In this document: piece by piece, positions 61,155 to 64,000 of the stretch
Layout: every line of letters begins with the position of its first letter
Numbering within the stretch: position 1 is the first letter of the stretch
Source: an uncultured Bacillota bacterium
GTDB taxonomy: Bacteria > Sysuimicrobiota > Sysuimicrobiia > Sysuimicrobiales > Segetimicrobiaceae
DNA length: 64,000 nucleotides
Direction: 5' to 3'
Assembly (NCBI GenBank): GCA_963804645.1
Contig: CAWDRG010000017.1
Location: forward strand, 320,001 to 384,000
Program-made: the position numbers and the translations under genes
The notes under the pieces: model-generated
Database searches by the model: none
Told to the model about the DNA's origin: nothing
The model's input: only the letters and a program-made list of their open reading frames with translations

Positions 61155-61783
61155 CCGCGCCTCCCTCCCGCCCGGCGCACCAGCACGAGCGCCCCACGGG
61201 GGCCCGGCACCGCGCCCCGGATCAGGAGCATGTTGCGCTCGAGATCGACGGAGACGATGCGGAGCCCGCGGATCGTCGTCCGCGCCCCGCCCAGCCGCCC
61301 GGGCATCTTCTTCCCCTTGAACACGCGGGCGATTTGGCTCGACCCGATGCTGCCGACCGCCCGATGCATCAAGCTGTTGCCGTGGGAATCCCGCTGCCCG
61401 CCGAAATTATGCCGCTTCATCGCCCCGGCGAACCCCTTGCCCTTGCTGACGCCGACGACGTCGACGCGGTCGCCGCCGCTGAACACATCCGCCCGCAGCG
61501 CCTGGCCCACCTCGAACGTCTCGTCCCGCGCCGTACGCACCTCCCGGATCACGCGCATCGGCTGAAGGCCGTGCTTCGTGAACAGGCCCTTGCGCGGCTT
61601 GTTCATCCGGGACTCGGCAATCGCCCCAAACCCGAGCTGCACCGCCGCGTACCCTTCGCGCTCGCGCGTACGCACGCCGACGACCACGCAGGGGCCGGCC
61701 TCAACGACGGTCACGGGCACGACGTGCCCCGCGTCATCGAAGATCTGGGTCATCCCGAGCTTCTTTCCGAGAATGGCCGGCAT
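61151..61783 (-). CDS. rplC: 50S ribosomal protein L3
   Basis: [23 protein letters not shown]. Confidence 0.98.
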   Translation of the reverse strand: MPAILGKKLGMTQIFDDAGHVVPVTVVEAGPCVVVGVRTREREGYAAVQLGFGAIAESRMNKPRKGLFTKHGLQPMRVIREVRTARDETFEVGQALRADVFSGGDRVDVVGVSKGKGFAGAMKRHNFGGQRDSHGNSLMHRAVGSIGSSQIARVFKGKKMPGRLGGARTTIRGLRIVSVDLERNMLLIRGAVPGPRGALVLVRRAGGRRG

Positions 61784-61856
61784 TCGCTCTCTCCTCACTC
61801 GTCTCGTGCCCGACGCGGTTCCGACCCGGCGGCTCGCCGGCCGCCGGAGGGCCGAG

Positions 61857-62162
61857 CTACAGCTTGATCTCGATGTCGACCCCCGCGGGCAGGTCGAGAT
61901 GCATCAGCGCATCCACCGTCTTGGGCGTCGGCTCGAGAATGTCGATCAGACGCTTGTGCGTCCTGAGCTCGAAGTGCTCCATCGACTCCTTGTCGATGTG
62001 CGGCGAGCGGATGACGCAGTACACGTTCCGATCCGTCGGCAGCGGGACGGGGCCGGAGATACGGGCGCCCGTCCGCCTGACCGTGTCCACGATCTTTTCC
62101 GCGGACTGATCGAGGACCTTATGGTCATACGCCTTCAGCTTAATCCGGATCTTCTGTGCCAT
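61857..62162 (-). CDS. rpsJ: 30S ribosomal protein S10
   Basis: [28 protein letters not shown]. Confidence 0.98.
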   Translation of the reverse strand: MAQKIRIKLKAYDHKVLDQSAEKIVDTVRRTGARISGPVPLPTDRNVYCVIRSPHIDKESMEHFELRTHKRLIDILEPTPKTVDALMHLDLPAGVDIEIKL

Positions 62163-62208
62163 CCCCCGCTCCTTTGTCTCCCGCTCAGCGACGCTGCGTG
62201 GCCGGGCG

Positions 62209-63426
<1,218 letters not shown>

Positions 63427-63476
63427 TCCCCTGCCTCCTGCCCCGGCCGTTGGCCCGCGGGGTCCGTGAGCAGCGC

Positions 63477-64000
63477 CTAGGCCTTGTTCCCGGCGCCAGT
63501 CTTTGCCATCAACGTCTCTGCGATGTTCTTGGGTACCTCTTCGTAGTGCGAGAACTCCATCGTGTACGTCGCGCGCCCCTGCGTGTTCGAGCGCAGCGCC
63601 GTTGCGTAGCCGAACATCTTTGACAGCGGAACCTCCGCCTGCACGATGCGCAGAGAGCCGCGCTGCTCCATCGCCATGATGTGGCCGCGCCGGGCGTTCA
63701 GGTCGCCGATCACGTCGCCCATGTACTGCTCAGGCGTGACCGCCTCAACCTTCATCACCGGCTCCAGCAGCACCGGATCGGCCTCATGGATCGCCTGCTT
63801 GAACCCCATCGACCCGGCGATCTTGAACGCCATCTCGGACGAGTCCACGTCATGGTACGACCCGTCGATCAGCGTCGCGCGCACGTCGACCAGCGGGTAG
63901 CCGGCGAGCACGCCGCCCTCCGCCGCCTCACGCACGCCCGCCTGCACCGCCGGGATGTACTCCCGCGGGATGCGGCCGCCGGTGATCTTGTCCACGAACT
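63477..64000 (-). CDS. fusA: Elongation factor G, C-terminal part (runs off the window)
   Basis: [34 protein letters not shown]. Confidence 0.98.
   Translation of the reverse strand, partial: FVDKITGGRIPREYIPAVQAGVREAAEGGVLAGYPLVDVRATLIDGSYHDVDSSEMAFKIAGSMGFKQAIHEADPVLLEPVMKVEAVTPEQYMGDVIGDLNARRGHIMAMEQRGSLRIVQAEVPLSKMFGYATALRSNTQGRATYTMEFSHYEEVPKNIAETLMAKTGAGNKA

Overview
High-GC bacterial window, probably a diderm Terrabacteria lineage such as Armatimonadota or Ca. Sysuimicrobiota. That placement is an inference from the Firmicutes-like rplQ-ecfAA'T-truA gene order combined with PEP-CTERM proteins. The right third (43-64 kb, minus strand) is the core fusA-tuf-S10-spc-alpha ribosomal superoperon followed by ecfA/ecfT/truA. 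The left two-thirds are accessory. (i) A Baeyer-Villiger monooxygenase faces an operon encoding a sugar-type ABC transporter plus NHL, MBL, FMO, SnoaL, ALDH and CMD proteins, including an internally deleted ALDH pseudogene. (ii) An AraC regulator has tandem operator-like repeats upstream. (iii) An Opp-type transporter feeds a variant OtnK/OtnC sugar-acid pathway. (iv) Three PEP-CTERM genes lie in tandem. (v) An unusual ~11 kb lipid-biosynthesis-like cluster encodes a PLP ACC-deaminase-like enzyme, an F420-dependent reductase, ACP, FabF, a FabH lacking the catalytic His, a CPBP protease, an alpha/beta hydrolase, an SDR, a GT2, BtaA/DUF3419 and an FkbM methyltransferase; this is the best candidate for an undescribed system. 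Single-base frameshifts in rpoA and truA suggest sequencing indel errors. No rRNA, tRNA, CRISPR array or transposase was recognised.
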